From Candidatus Methanoperedens sp. (GTDB taxonomy: Archaea > Halobacteriota > Methanosarcinia > Methanosarcinales > Methanoperedenaceae): a stretch of 64,000 nucleotides of DNA. A program made the translations under genes and the position numbers. How positions within the stretch are numbered: position 1 is the first letter of the stretch; the number at the start of each line of letters is the position of its first letter. Shown one piece after another: positions 37,871 to 47,919 of the stretch. The stretch is taken from positions 1 through 64,000 of the forward strand of contig JAHFDG010000015.1 of NCBI GenBank assembly GCA_023249105.1, written 5' to 3'. The notes under the pieces are model-generated. The model was not told the origin of the DNA, made no database searches, and worked only from the letters and a program-made list of their open reading frames with translations.

Positions 37871-39299
37871 CAATTATTATTATCACAATTGCCGCGCCAA
37901 TACTTGAATAGATATTCAGCGGATCCTCTTTAGTTTCTTTAGTTATTGTAACATTTTCTTTTGTAGTAATCAAAAAAGTCTTAGTTGCCGACCAGGAACT
38001 TTCTTTCCCATCAGAATCTACGCTTTTAACAGACCATGTGTGAGTTCCGGCTGAGAGAGCCTTTAATGTGGTATACTTCGGCACTGATGTCTCATTTTCT
38101 TCATTATCAATTCTTATAATGTATTTTTTTGACGAACTCGACCCGATCCACTCAAACGTGGGTATACTGGTATTGATTACATCATTATCAGCAGGATACA
38201 TTGTTCGTATTCCTTTTCCAAAAAATGAAATTCCAGAGTCTGTTCCTAAAACAATGAAATTACCGTCGGAAGATAACGCTATGTCCTGAATATTAGGTTT
38301 AAATTCAGTTGACCAAATTTGACCTTTTTGATTGAAGACGTATGCCTTGCCATAGCTTGAAATAGCAGCAACTGTTTCTCCATCTAAAGACGGCGAAGCT
38401 CTTTGAATATTTCCCTCAATTTTTTGTTTCCATATAATATTTCCTTTTTTGTTAAGAACCACAATATTATTCCCTTCAACAGCAGCAATGAAATTTCCAT
38501 CATGTGTAATTTCAGGTATTGATAAACCGTCTTTTGCCCACAATATTTCTCCATTTTTGTTGAATAGATAGAGTTTGTCAGAGCCCATTACAAAATTACC
38601 GTTATCTGCTATGGAAACCCCATTAATGCATTGGGATTTTTCAGCTACATTCACTTTAGTAGCACATTGAGTTTCGAATTTGAATATCTCCTTACCAGAA
38701 CTATCGAATAAATACACATTCCCATCACTGGAACCAACCACAGAAAACTCGCCGTTTGATGAAATGTCCATCATATGCGTAAAGAAATACGGCTGAACAC
38801 GTACACTGTTTTCCCATATATATTTCCCTTCTTTGTAATATGCAACGCTTGGAATTTCTTTAAATTTTGTACCAGTGTAAAACTCTTGTTTTATTTTACT
38901 TGCTAAATAATATTTGCCATCAGGCGATAATGATACTCCATTAAAAGTTATCATGTCATTCCTTTCATTTTCCCAAACAAGTTTCCCGGCAGAATCCAGT
39001 AGATAAATCTTATTGTTTGAATTAGCAATAATTTTATCTCCAAAAGCGCTTATATCAACTTGAATGCCGCCCTTATTGGTCCATAGCAATTGATATTCAG
39101 TATTTGCTGTCGCTATGTTGGATAAAGAAATAAAAATTAAAAATAATGAAGCCATCCACAGCAAGCTATAATATATCTCCATGTTCCTCGTCTGTTGTTG
39201 TTCTTCCTTTCGACTGTACCCAACCACACCACCACGCTGCGAAGTGTTTCGATAAAATAAAGTAAGAAATATGCTGCTGTTGAACTGTTTTTCCTTCAT
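37686..39299 (-). CDS. Surface protein paralog (PQQ-like propeller, FN3-like, TM, zinc-ribbon tail)
   Basis: Same architecture. Tail RPYYKRAKLKREMAMTPTDWCPNCHKFTGGAKTCPHCGKETLV. Confidence 0.65.
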   Translation of the reverse strand: MKEKQFNSSIFLTLFYRNTSQRGGVVGYSRKEEQQQTRNMEIYYSLLWMASLFLIFISLSNIATANTEYQLLWTNKGGIQVDISAFGDKIIANSNNKIYLLDSAGKLVWENERNDMITFNGVSLSPDGKYYLASKIKQEFYTGTKFKEIPSVAYYKEGKYIWENSVRVQPYFFTHMMDISSNGEFSVVGSSDGNVYLFDSSGKEIFKFETQCATKVNVAEKSQCINGVSIADNGNFVMGSDKLYLFNKNGEILWAKDGLSIPEITHDGNFIAAVEGNNIVVLNKKGNIIWKQKIEGNIQRASPSLDGETVAAISSYGKAYVFNQKGQIWSTEFKPNIQDIALSSDGNFIVLGTDSGISFFGKGIRTMYPADNDVINTSIPTFEWIGSSSSKKYIIRIDNEENETSVPKYTTLKALSAGTHTWSVKSVDSDGKESSWSATKTFLITTKENVTITKETKEDPLNIYSSIGAAIVIIIIAAIFVRPYYKRAKLKREMAMTPTDWCPNCHKFTGGAKTCPHCGKETLVSAGYDISKKAKKK

Positions 39300-39334
39300 T
39301 CCTTTTTCACCTTCTTGGAGTTATCATAAATCGT

Positions 39335-42220
39335 TCATTTGCGATTCTTTCTATTTCTTGAGTTTTTTAGGCTTTTTCCTTTTACAGTATTCTTTGATGA
39401 TTCAGGTTTCACTGTTCGCTTTTTTCGTAAGGAAGATTCTCCTGTTTTACTGGTCTTTTTATTAAGAATCGCTTTAGGTTCTTCTTTTAATTCTTCTACA
39501 TCTTTTTCAGATATCAAGCCTTCAGTCTTAGGTTCAACTTTTTCCGGGATTGAAATATTATCTAATGGCGTTACAATCCCTTCTTTGTCTTTCTTTTTCA
39601 CCTTCTTAGACATATCATAACCTATACTTGCTAGAGTTTCTTTTCCGCAATGCGGACAAACTTTTGCTCCACCAGTGAATTTATGGCAATGAGGACACCA
39701 ATCCGTTGGGGTCTGAGCCATTTTTTTCTTTAATACCCATCTCTTATAAAATGGTCTGGCAATTATTCCAGCCAGGAATAAAAACAGAATAGCCCCACCT
39801 GCCGTTATTCTTGGATCAAAAGGTTTTTCCTCTACAATTTTTTTGGTGACATTCATTTCTTCAGAACTGACTATCGAAAATGTCCTTGGTGATAACCAGT
39901 CTCCTTCATTTCCAGAGAAATCTACAACTTTAACCGACCATTGATGTCTGCCGGTATTTAACGGTTCATCCAGAGTAAATTCAGAATTGGTTGTTGTAAA
40001 TGTTTCGTTATCGATTTTTAGTATATATTTAGAAGCATTAGATTTTGTCCATTTGAAGTTGGGTTTTGTATTATTCAAAATAGCGTCAGAAGATGGTGAG
40101 AGTAAGGCAACAACATTGTAGTTGGTAAATATATAAAGCTCATTATCACCTGATTTCACTGCGACATAGTTCCCATCAGCAGAAGAAACAATAGAATTTG
40201 CTGGCTTTTCGAGTTCATGGGTTTGAATCAAATCTCCTAATTTATTTACAAAATTTATATATTTATCACCAGTAATAGTTACTATTAAATCGTTATTACT
40301 AGACGAATCTATATCATCTACTGGTAATTTTTCTTTGGTATTCCCTGCTGCCAAGTAGTAATCTACAAGCTTAATAGCATTCATTTCTCTTAAAAATGTC
40401 TTGTCCCATTTTTTGTTCATATTATAATCTAACAGCATGACACCAGTACTACCGACAACGATATTATTTTCTCCTGCTACCGATTTTGCATAGCCAAATA
40501 AGTCCTTATTAAATTTTTGGACAAGCTTGCCCTGATTATCAAAAAGGTATATTCGTGATTTTTGTGCTTCATCCGATGAAAATTTATCATCTAACCCCAT
40601 TACGGATATATAGCTTCCATTCGGAGAAACAGAAACACTATCAGCTACAAAGGATAAAGAGGATTTCCACAGCAGTTTTCCATTTTTCAGAAAGTACAAA
40701 CTATTGTTAGTAATGTATATGTTTAGCCTATTAGAAATGTTTTCAACGTATAGATCTATAGTTCTTCCATCACTAATTTTCAGTATCGCCTTTTTTTTCT
40801 CATCGTCAAGTGTTATTTCAAGCCAGTTTTTATCAGTAGAGGCTCGGATGGTTTTGTTATCTTCGGTTTTAATAATTTCAGCATTTTCTATCCACTCGAG
40901 ACCAAGAGCATTTTTTAGCTTTTTTCGAATAAAATCGCTATAGATATTAAGCCTGCCATTTTCATTTTTTGCAAGGAGTACATCACTTCCATGGTCATTT
41001 AATGCCAAGTTCGCCTTAGTTTTTTCATTATTAAGTCGGATGAAAATAGAGTTATTTTCATCATAAATTTTTAATGTATTTCCACCATCAACCTTTTCGA
41101 TTTTTGCTGTTCTTACCCATGCATCTCCATAATACTGTATCAGAAATTCTATAACGCTGCTATTACCTTTTCCTGGAACGTCATCCCAACTAAACAGAAA
41201 TGATTCACTACCTTTCATTGAGACTGAATTCCATTCCAGCAACCAATTTTTGATACTTTTTATAGCAGCAACATATTCTCCATCAGCAGAAATGGAAATT
41301 TCGTCAGCCGATGTGGACATATCCCATTTAAGTTTACCATTTTTATCTAATGCAAAAATTTTATCACTGTCTGAAAAAATAATTGAATCTCCAGTTGCAG
41401 ATATCGCCACTTTACGTGGGTTCAAAGTTGAGTATTTCCATAAAATATTTCCATTTTTATCAACTAATAAAACGTTATTATTTGTTCCATAAATATTATA
41501 TGTTCCATAAACTATTGAGCCAGTGTTAGATATGTCAATATTAGATTTTATTCCAGTTATGTTAAATTTATTTATGACCTTATAATCTGACGACGATTGA
41601 TCCGGCTGTTTTATGGAAGAACTTTTTAGTATTCCTCTTAAATCGTCTATGTAAAGTATTGACGGCTCTCCGATGACCCGTTTATCATTAAAAAATTTTT
41701 CACAAGTGTAACAACCATCATTTCCTAGCCTTATATATAGTTTTAAATTTGTAATATCTTCATCTTCAGGCATTTCTAAACCGCCTTTAGAAAAAAATGG
41801 GAATGTATATTCTTTCCAGCCAGATCCATCCAGTTCACCGCCAGATACTGAATATTCTTTTCCACTAGGTAACTCAGCGTCAATTCTTAATTGCCACTGA
41901 GGGTCAGCAGATGGAACATACAACCAAAATTTAATCCCGCTATAAGCAGAAAAATCTCTTTTGGTTATTATTTTGAAATAACTACTCTTTGTTGTTGAAT
42001 ATTTAAAGCTCATTTTCATTGAGCTTGAACCTTCCTTAACGAAATCTGAACTTTTTGTTAAAGATAAATCTCCGCCTGATATTTCTGTTTTCCAATTATC
42101 GACATCCCCATTAAAACCATCTATTAATTCACTTTCTGCATGAACAGGAGCTATAAAAATAAAAGATAAAACTATGTATATTGATAAAGTTCTTAAACTA
42201 TACGAAAAATTCCATTTCAT
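39335..42220 (-). CDS. Surface protein paralog with CBM-like N-domain, propeller repeats, TM, zinc-ribbon tail plus extra basic C-terminal extension
   Basis: Tail RPFYKRWVLKKKMAQTPTDWCPHCHKFTGGAKVCPHCGKETLA, then a ~95-aa K/E-rich extension. Confidence 0.65.
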   Translation of the reverse strand: MKWNFSYSLRTLSIYIVLSFIFIAPVHAESELIDGFNGDVDNWKTEISGGDLSLTKSSDFVKEGSSSMKMSFKYSTTKSSYFKIITKRDFSAYSGIKFWLYVPSADPQWQLRIDAELPSGKEYSVSGGELDGSGWKEYTFPFFSKGGLEMPEDEDITNLKLYIRLGNDGCYTCEKFFNDKRVIGEPSILYIDDLRGILKSSSIKQPDQSSSDYKVINKFNITGIKSNIDISNTGSIVYGTYNIYGTNNNVLLVDKNGNILWKYSTLNPRKVAISATGDSIIFSDSDKIFALDKNGKLKWDMSTSADEISISADGEYVAAIKSIKNWLLEWNSVSMKGSESFLFSWDDVPGKGNSSVIEFLIQYYGDAWVRTAKIEKVDGGNTLKIYDENNSIFIRLNNEKTKANLALNDHGSDVLLAKNENGRLNIYSDFIRKKLKNALGLEWIENAEIIKTEDNKTIRASTDKNWLEITLDDEKKKAILKISDGRTIDLYVENISNRLNIYITNNSLYFLKNGKLLWKSSLSFVADSVSVSPNGSYISVMGLDDKFSSDEAQKSRIYLFDNQGKLVQKFNKDLFGYAKSVAGENNIVVGSTGVMLLDYNMNKKWDKTFLREMNAIKLVDYYLAAGNTKEKLPVDDIDSSSNNDLIVTITGDKYINFVNKLGDLIQTHELEKPANSIVSSADGNYVAVKSGDNELYIFTNYNVVALLSPSSDAILNNTKPNFKWTKSNASKYILKIDNETFTTTNSEFTLDEPLNTGRHQWSVKVVDFSGNEGDWLSPRTFSIVSSEEMNVTKKIVEEKPFDPRITAGGAILFLFLAGIIARPFYKRWVLKKKMAQTPTDWCPHCHKFTGGAKVCPHCGKETLASIGYDMSKKVKKKDKEGIVTPLDNISIPEKVEPKTEGLISEKDVEELKEEPKAILNKKTSKTGESSLRKKRTVKPESSKNTVKGKSLKNSRNRKNRK
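39600..39790 (-). repeat. Copy 4 of zinc-ribbon-tail repeat (internal to gene)
   Basis: Conserved with the other copies at DNA and protein level. Confidence 0.5.
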
Positions 42221-42405
42221 TTCTTTTTCACCTTCTTAGACCTGTCATAACTTACACTTACCAGAGTTTCCTTTCCACAATGCGGACACGTTTTCGCTCC
42301 ACCTGTGAATTTATGGCAGTTAGGGCACCAGTCGGTTGGGGTTTTTGCCATTTCACGCTTGAGTTTGGCGCGCTTGTAGTAAGGTCTAGCGAAAAATCCT
42401 GCAAC
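42217..42405 (-). repeat. Copy 5 of zinc-ribbon-tail repeat
   Basis: Conserved with the other copies at DNA and protein level. Confidence 0.5.
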
Positions 42406-43734
42406 AATAATACCGATTACGATGGCTGCAACCCACGCGTAGTTTGTTCGGGTGGGATCTGCAACTTCGACTGTCTCTGTGACTTCTTTAGGTGGTACTA
42501 TCTGGTAACCCTCTTTAGCGAACATAAGCACGCCTTTGTCAAAATCACCTACTGCAAGGAAAAATCCATCTGAAGAAATTTTGATATTTTTTGCATTGAT
42601 GCCTTTATTGATAGTCGATTTCAAATTTCCCTGTGAGTCGAAAATACTGATATTAGAATTTCCACTTAATATAGCAACTTCTCCATTTGATATAATCGAA
42701 ATATCGTTGCCATAACCCTGGTATCTGCTTATCGTATTGCCCCTTGAGTCTGTTATTTCTACGCCAGTATTTATCAAAAAAACTATATATTGTCCATTTG
42801 GTGAAACAGCCGCTCTTGCTTCTATATAATCGCCGTATTTTCGTGACCATAAGAGATTCCCCTTTGTATCAAAAACGAACGCTTCACCTTTGCCCCCTGC
42901 AACTATAATTGAACCATCGTCCGATATCGACACCCCTCCCCACAACATTTTTCCTGTTGGATAACTCCACAGTTCTTTTCCTGACTTATCAAATAGATAA
43001 ACAATAGTCCCTTCTGAGACTACTACATACTTGCCATTAGAGGATACATCCAATGAAACGAGAGCCTCTCCAGTTTTGTCCTTTGTTTTACTCCAAAGTA
43101 TAGTTCCTTTATTATCTAAAAAATCAATTTCAAATTTGTTGTCTATATATTTATATGTAACAAGATAATTACCCTCATGAGAAATCGACACGTCACCGTT
43201 ATTGTGAAGTTCTTTAAATAGTATCCGATTTCCTGCCATGCTGAGTAGACTGATTCCTTTACCAGCCTCAGCCACAGCTACTGAATTGTTAGAAATATCA
43301 ACCCCAGGCATCTGTCTTGTTTTATATTTCCATATATTATAATATTCTGTTTGAGATGATGTAAGATTCGATGAACCTGGCATATTGGTTTCTGGGAAAG
43401 TGATATACAGCCACACCATATCACTTGATTTGCTGCCCCAGATGCTGGCAATCTGGAAAATAGTATCTTTGTATTCATATACATCGTCCTCTTTTAAAAG
43501 CTTGGAATCTATTTGGTTACCTGACTCTGAAATAACCAGCAAAACTTGCTTAGGGGTAGATTTCGCATCAATAGATTGAGCTGTTATTAATAGCCCATTG
43601 CCTAAATCCCATGTTTCTCCAACTGATAAATTGCGGTCAACAAAAGCATTTGCATTGGCATTTTGAATGAATATTATAACAAATACTGTTGAAATAATCA
43701 ATGCAAGTTTTAATTTGCGACAAAAATTTTGCAT
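42217..43734 (-). CDS. Surface protein paralog with N-terminal DUF1608-like half-domain, propeller repeats, TM, zinc-ribbon tail
   Basis: The N-terminus GETWDLGNGLLITAQSIDAKSTPKQ matches the S-layer DUF1608 C-subdomain of 16261..19413. Tail RPYYKRAKLKREMAKTPTDWCPNCHKFTGGAKTCPHCGKETLV. Confidence 0.65.
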   Translation of the reverse strand: MQNFCRKLKLALIISTVFVIIFIQNANANAFVDRNLSVGETWDLGNGLLITAQSIDAKSTPKQVLLVISESGNQIDSKLLKEDDVYEYKDTIFQIASIWGSKSSDMVWLYITFPETNMPGSSNLTSSQTEYYNIWKYKTRQMPGVDISNNSVAVAEAGKGISLLSMAGNRILFKELHNNGDVSISHEGNYLVTYKYIDNKFEIDFLDNKGTILWSKTKDKTGEALVSLDVSSNGKYVVVSEGTIVYLFDKSGKELWSYPTGKMLWGGVSISDDGSIIVAGGKGEAFVFDTKGNLLWSRKYGDYIEARAAVSPNGQYIVFLINTGVEITDSRGNTISRYQGYGNDISIISNGEVAILSGNSNISIFDSQGNLKSTINKGINAKNIKISSDGFFLAVGDFDKGVLMFAKEGYQIVPPKEVTETVEVADPTRTNYAWVAAIVIGIIVAGFFARPYYKRAKLKREMAKTPTDWCPNCHKFTGGAKTCPHCGKETLVSVSYDRSKKVKKK

Positions 43735-43744
43735 TTTTCACCTG

Positions 43745-43930
43745 CTACTTTTTAGATTTAATCTGTTTCTCTTTAGTGTATTCACTGCTTGTTAAGGTGC
43801 TCAGCCCGCAATGAGGACAGGTTTCTGCCCCTCCTGTAAACTTATGACAGTGCGGGCACCAATCCGTCGCAGTTTTTTCGAGTTTTTTCTTGACTGCCCA
43901 TCTTTTATAAAATGGTCTTACAATGATTCC
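43745..43930 (-). repeat. Copy 6 of zinc-ribbon-tail repeat
   Basis: Conserved with the other copies at DNA and protein level. Confidence 0.5.
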
Positions 43931-45664
43931 AAGCAGCAGGATAAATAAAATCATACCTCCAGCCAGCACTCTTCTATCAACCACAAGCGCTTGAACGGTT
44001 TTTAAAATTGTCTTTCCTTCAGAACTTACTATAGAAAAACTTCTCGGTTGAGTCCAAGAACTTTCGCTATTCGATGAGATGGACTTGACCATCCATTCAT
44101 GTTTTCCTAAACTCAAATTTTTTACCAGCGTAAATTCCGATGTAGCCGTTTCAAAAGTTTCTTCATCGATTTTGATTAGATATTTAGAAGCTCCTTTAAC
44201 ATCGCTCCAATCAAAAGCAGGCATTGGATTATCAAGGGCTTCGCCATCCCGTGGACTGACCAAATTTATAGTAGTTGTTTCATCGCCCTTTGAATTGATC
44301 TGATTTACAGTCGAGGTACTACTTGATTTTTTAATAAGGTATATCACATCATTTGACCTCGCTGCGATATAATCTCCACCAGCAGACATAGAAATATATC
44401 GAATAGCATCATTTATTTCTAATTGCTCCGAGACTACTCCGTTATTAATGATAGCCAATTTGCCCTCCGAACCCCCTTCAGCTTCTGTTTGAGTAACAAT
44501 TACGTCTCCAGAAATTGATGATGCAAGATTGCCTGTAGATCTAAGTGTATAATATATGTTAAACTTGCCATTTTCTTCATATTCGTCAAATTCATAAATA
44601 CTTCCATCATCGAAAGTAATGGTTTCTTCATGAAGTCGAAGCAAAACGTTATGATTTTCTGTAAATATTTTTATAGCCTTGTTGTTATCGATTTTTTCGA
44701 TCTTTGCAGTTTTTACCCATTTTGCACCATAATTTTGCACTAGAAATTCTATGAGTCTGCTATTATCTTTACCTGGGATTTCGTCCCAGCTAAACAAAAA
44801 TAATTTCGAAATTCGCCATTTTTCATTAAATTCATGGTCAAAATATGCTATTTTTGTATAGCTTTTTAAAACAATTCCTTCATGAGTAATTTTTTGGATT
44901 ATTTCTGAGCCATAAAAATCTTTATCATCAAAAGTTTTTATTTTTTGGCCATTTTTGTTAAAGAGATATGATATAGATTTAACTGTTTGACCAGGAATTG
45001 CACTAGTTATCGTACTTACACTAACATAATCACCATTTGGTGAAATCGAAATATGTTGTAAGGATTCATTCTCTATGTGCTGACTCCATATGACTTGCCC
45101 TATATTATTTAAAAAATAAATGGTACCGCCAAATGGGTCAATTCCATCCGGGTGACTGTAAAACATGGCTGCTATATATTCGCCATTAGAAGATATTGAA
45201 ACCCTGTTAAAATTTAAGTAATCGTTGTTATTCAAAACATTATTGGGTTTATATTTCCATCTTAATTTCCCCGCACCATCTAGTGCATAAAGTTCAGAAT
45301 TAAATCCAAATACTGTATAATTGCCATCAAAAGAAGTATCTATATTTTTGCTATAAATTGCCATCAAATTTGTGGTGTCATAATATTTTGATGAAGCCTC
45401 ATAAGTCCATTTTTTCCGCCCATATTTATCCATCGCTACAATAGTATATTTGAAGTCTTCGTTATATTTCCCTCCTCTAAATTCATCATATACGATAGTA
45501 TTTCCATCTCCGGAAATTGCCACACTTCCATCACGATAATTTGTTTCAAACTTTCTAGCTATCACTGATTCATCTGCACTGGTTATTTGAATACTCATTA
45601 AACCCACAATAATAAAAAACAAAATCCAGCCCGTGCATCTCATCTCTTCAACCCTCCGCCGCAT
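43745..45664 (-). CDS. Surface protein paralog (propeller repeats, FN3-like, TM, zinc-ribbon tail)
   Basis: Tail RPFYKRWAVKKKLEKTATDWCPHCHKFTGGAETCPHCGLSTL. Confidence 0.65.
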   Translation of the reverse strand: MRRRVEEMRCTGWILFFIIVGLMSIQITSADESVIARKFETNYRDGSVAISGDGNTIVYDEFRGGKYNEDFKYTIVAMDKYGRKKWTYEASSKYYDTTNLMAIYSKNIDTSFDGNYTVFGFNSELYALDGAGKLRWKYKPNNVLNNNDYLNFNRVSISSNGEYIAAMFYSHPDGIDPFGGTIYFLNNIGQVIWSQHIENESLQHISISPNGDYVSVSTITSAIPGQTVKSISYLFNKNGQKIKTFDDKDFYGSEIIQKITHEGIVLKSYTKIAYFDHEFNEKWRISKLFLFSWDEIPGKDNSRLIEFLVQNYGAKWVKTAKIEKIDNNKAIKIFTENHNVLLRLHEETITFDDGSIYEFDEYEENGKFNIYYTLRSTGNLASSISGDVIVTQTEAEGGSEGKLAIINNGVVSEQLEINDAIRYISMSAGGDYIAARSNDVIYLIKKSSSTSTVNQINSKGDETTTINLVSPRDGEALDNPMPAFDWSDVKGASKYLIKIDEETFETATSEFTLVKNLSLGKHEWMVKSISSNSESSWTQPRSFSIVSSEGKTILKTVQALVVDRRVLAGGMILFILLLGIIVRPFYKRWAVKKKLEKTATDWCPHCHKFTGGAETCPHCGLSTLTSSEYTKEKQIKSKK

Positions 45665-46242
45665 GAGTTACAAAACTTATGCTGTATTTCATTTTCCGCT
45701 CCGCACCCAGGGCAGAACGTCTTCTTGTTCGAACTCACCTGCGCGCCTTGAAGAACTGCACCCTCTTCTTCCACCTTCCCCAGACTCGACCCCTGCACTA
45801 CGCTATCCGTGACCTTGCTTCCACCCACATCGTCTCCGCCCACTATCTTCTCCGCAATCGTTTGCTCATAATGGTTCGTATAGATCACTTGATGCGGCAC
45901 ATTCTCTTTCAATAAAAGGGGCTGGGGTTTCAGTTTCTTTTCTTCCAGCTTATAATCAAGATAATTAATGACGTCAACCGGGCTTCCATCATCCACCCCG
46001 AGCATCTGGCGCTGCTTCTCATCAACCTTCAGGATATTCTTGCCCACATCATGCTTTATTGCTGTTTTTACAATCGCAGTGATTACGCTGATATTGCTTC
46101 TTACAATAACAGCGTCACCGATCTCAACGCCAAGCTCTTTACGTTTTTTCTCGTCGAGCCTTACCACATTTTGAGCCACATCATAGCTTTTGGATTTTTC
46201 AACCTTGAGGGAAGCAACACGCACCATAATCGCACCATCCAA
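45640..46242 (-). CDS. Protein with two AbrB/SpoVT-like swapped-hairpin repeats, DSVVQ motif and C-terminal zinc ribbon
   Basis: VRLDEKKRKELGVEIGDAVIV and LKVDEKQRQMLGVDDGSPVDV resemble AbrB/MazE-type motifs. GGDDVGGSKVTDSVVQGSSLG follows. C-terminal CPGCG...CNSCGG. Confidence 0.5.
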   Translation of the reverse strand: MDGAIMVRVASLKVEKSKSYDVAQNVVRLDEKKRKELGVEIGDAVIVRSNISVITAIVKTAIKHDVGKNILKVDEKQRQMLGVDDGSPVDVINYLDYKLEEKKLKPQPLLLKENVPHQVIYTNHYEQTIAEKIVGGDDVGGSKVTDSVVQGSSLGKVEEEGAVLQGAQVSSNKKTFCPGCGAENEIQHKFCNSCGGGLKR

Positions 46243-46283
46243 GCGATGTTTCTAAGCTGCATTGAAATATAAAAGTTTCTAAT

Positions 46284-46778
46284 ATGTTAGATGGTGCGAG
46301 TTATTTCTTTTTGCCAACTTTTTTATATTCAAGAGTACTCTTAATATCTGTGCCATTGAAAAAGCTTGCCAAATTAAGTCAAAAATCAAATGACAAATGT
46401 AACATTGCTCTCGTATGTTCCAAAGACTCCAATCTTAAAAATATTGTAGATGAGATTGCTTTAGAAATTGGTGCCTCAACTAATGATAATCAAGCCAGCT
46501 CAAAAAATTCATTATTGCTTGAAATCGCTCCTTCTGAAAAACTTGTGTTGCAGTTCGACCATTCAAATTTCGCAGACGGTTTTACTGAAAGTGTGACCAG
46601 AAATATCGGAAAAATATGGCAGCAAGAATTTGAGGTTTGTGGAGAGGGATGCCAGAAAGGCTCTAATGCTGTAAAAATATATCTTCCACCTGAGTTGTAT
46701 TCAAGAGTACAATGGTTCGTTTATCTGTTTCTTGACGGGCTGACTGATAAGAGAATCGGCAGGCGATGGATTAAATGA
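46284..46778 (+). CDS. Hypothetical protein
   Basis: 164-aa ORF with no recognisable motif. Translationally coupled to the next gene. Confidence 0.35.
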   Translation: MLDGASYFFLPTFLYSRVLLISVPLKKLAKLSQKSNDKCNIALVCSKDSNLKNIVDEIALEIGASTNDNQASSKNSLLLEIAPSEKLVLQFDHSNFADGFTESVTRNIGKIWQQEFEVCGEGCQKGSNAVKIYLPPELYSRVQWFVYLFLDGLTDKRIGRRWIK

Positions 46779-47758
46779 TAACTTTTGAGCATAATAGTCG
46801 TACTTACAATTTCAAGGTTTTTGATGCCCACAACCACATAGGCTTGGATAAGGAAGGAACAGTAAAAGATTCAGCTTATAGTGATTTAGAAAATGTATTG
46901 GGAAATATTGACAAAACTGTTCTATTCCCAGCAAACTCTCCTGTGAGCGGACCTTTCGGTATTCTTTCAAACATGAAAATACTGGATGCTACACAGGAAA
47001 GCAAAGGAAAAGTAGTTCCCTTTTATCGTTTCGATATATTCGAGGCTGAAGGATGTAAATACTGGCAAACAGGACTATGTGACGCCGCACATAGATGTTT
47101 AATTAAAAAATGTTTTAATATCGAATGTTGCTCAGATTTTGATCTTGAAAAATTTTTTATGGAAATCAAACAATCAGGCTTTTTAGGGTTGAAACTGCAT
47201 CCAAGAGCATCTGAAATAGATTACATCACGCCACAGCTTGACAGCGACATCATGCTAAAAATAATCCCTGCCGCTGGAAAAGCAGGTCTTGCAGTGACCA
47301 TGCACACCCATAATAGTAAAATGCTTGCTGAGTTTTTTAATCTTGCAAAAAAAGTATTGCCTGAACATAAGAAATTAGTTCTGATTTGCGCTCATTCAGG
47401 CGGTGGTTCAACGCAATTGGAGCGTAAAGAATCAAGAGAATATGCAGGTAAGCGATTGAATAATTGCCTCAACAGTGGGGAAGAATGGGTAAGCAGAATG
47501 CTTTTTGAAACCTCTAATGTGTTCTGGACATACCTTTTAAATGGCTTGTTGTTATGCAAGAATCTGCAAAAAACAGATAAAAGTACAGAAAATATTAAAA
47601 ATATAGTATATGGCACTGATTGGCCATTTGTGAAAGATATTACTCCTGAACAAAAGGCTACGAATATTATAAAGTCTCTTCTCTCAGGTGGATTTAACGA
47701 AAACGATATTGATATGATCATGTATTCCAATCTGGAGAATAGAATTAAAGAGCTATAG
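46775..47758 (+). CDS. Putative metal-dependent amidohydrolase (TIM-barrel, Amidohydro_2-like)
   Basis: N-terminal FKVFDAHNHIG has a DxHxH metal-binding motif. Length and spacing are consistent with amidohydrolase-2. Confidence 0.45.
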   Translation: MITFEHNSRTYNFKVFDAHNHIGLDKEGTVKDSAYSDLENVLGNIDKTVLFPANSPVSGPFGILSNMKILDATQESKGKVVPFYRFDIFEAEGCKYWQTGLCDAAHRCLIKKCFNIECCSDFDLEKFFMEIKQSGFLGLKLHPRASEIDYITPQLDSDIMLKIIPAAGKAGLAVTMHTHNSKMLAEFFNLAKKVLPEHKKLVLICAHSGGGSTQLERKESREYAGKRLNNCLNSGEEWVSRMLFETSNVFWTYLLNGLLLCKNLQKTDKSTENIKNIVYGTDWPFVKDITPEQKATNIIKSLLSGGFNENDIDMIMYSNLENRIKEL

Positions 47759-47919
47759 CTTGGGCACTTTTTGAAATCTTAAAAAGTATAATGATGCCTG
47801 CTGATTACAATTAAAATAAGGGTTTAATTTGTGAAATTCTCCGCGGCAAGCTGTGGGTATTGGCATAAAATAAACACTATCAGTATATATACTAAAATCC
47901 ATATCATATTCTACACATC

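Noticed and set aside
34295-43930. Regularly spaced ~170-bp repeats that could be mistaken for a CRISPR-like array
   Set aside because: The repeats are 3'-terminal coding segments of six paralogous genes (zinc-ribbon tails). The spacing is 1-3 kb, not 30-40 bp, and they are imperfect.
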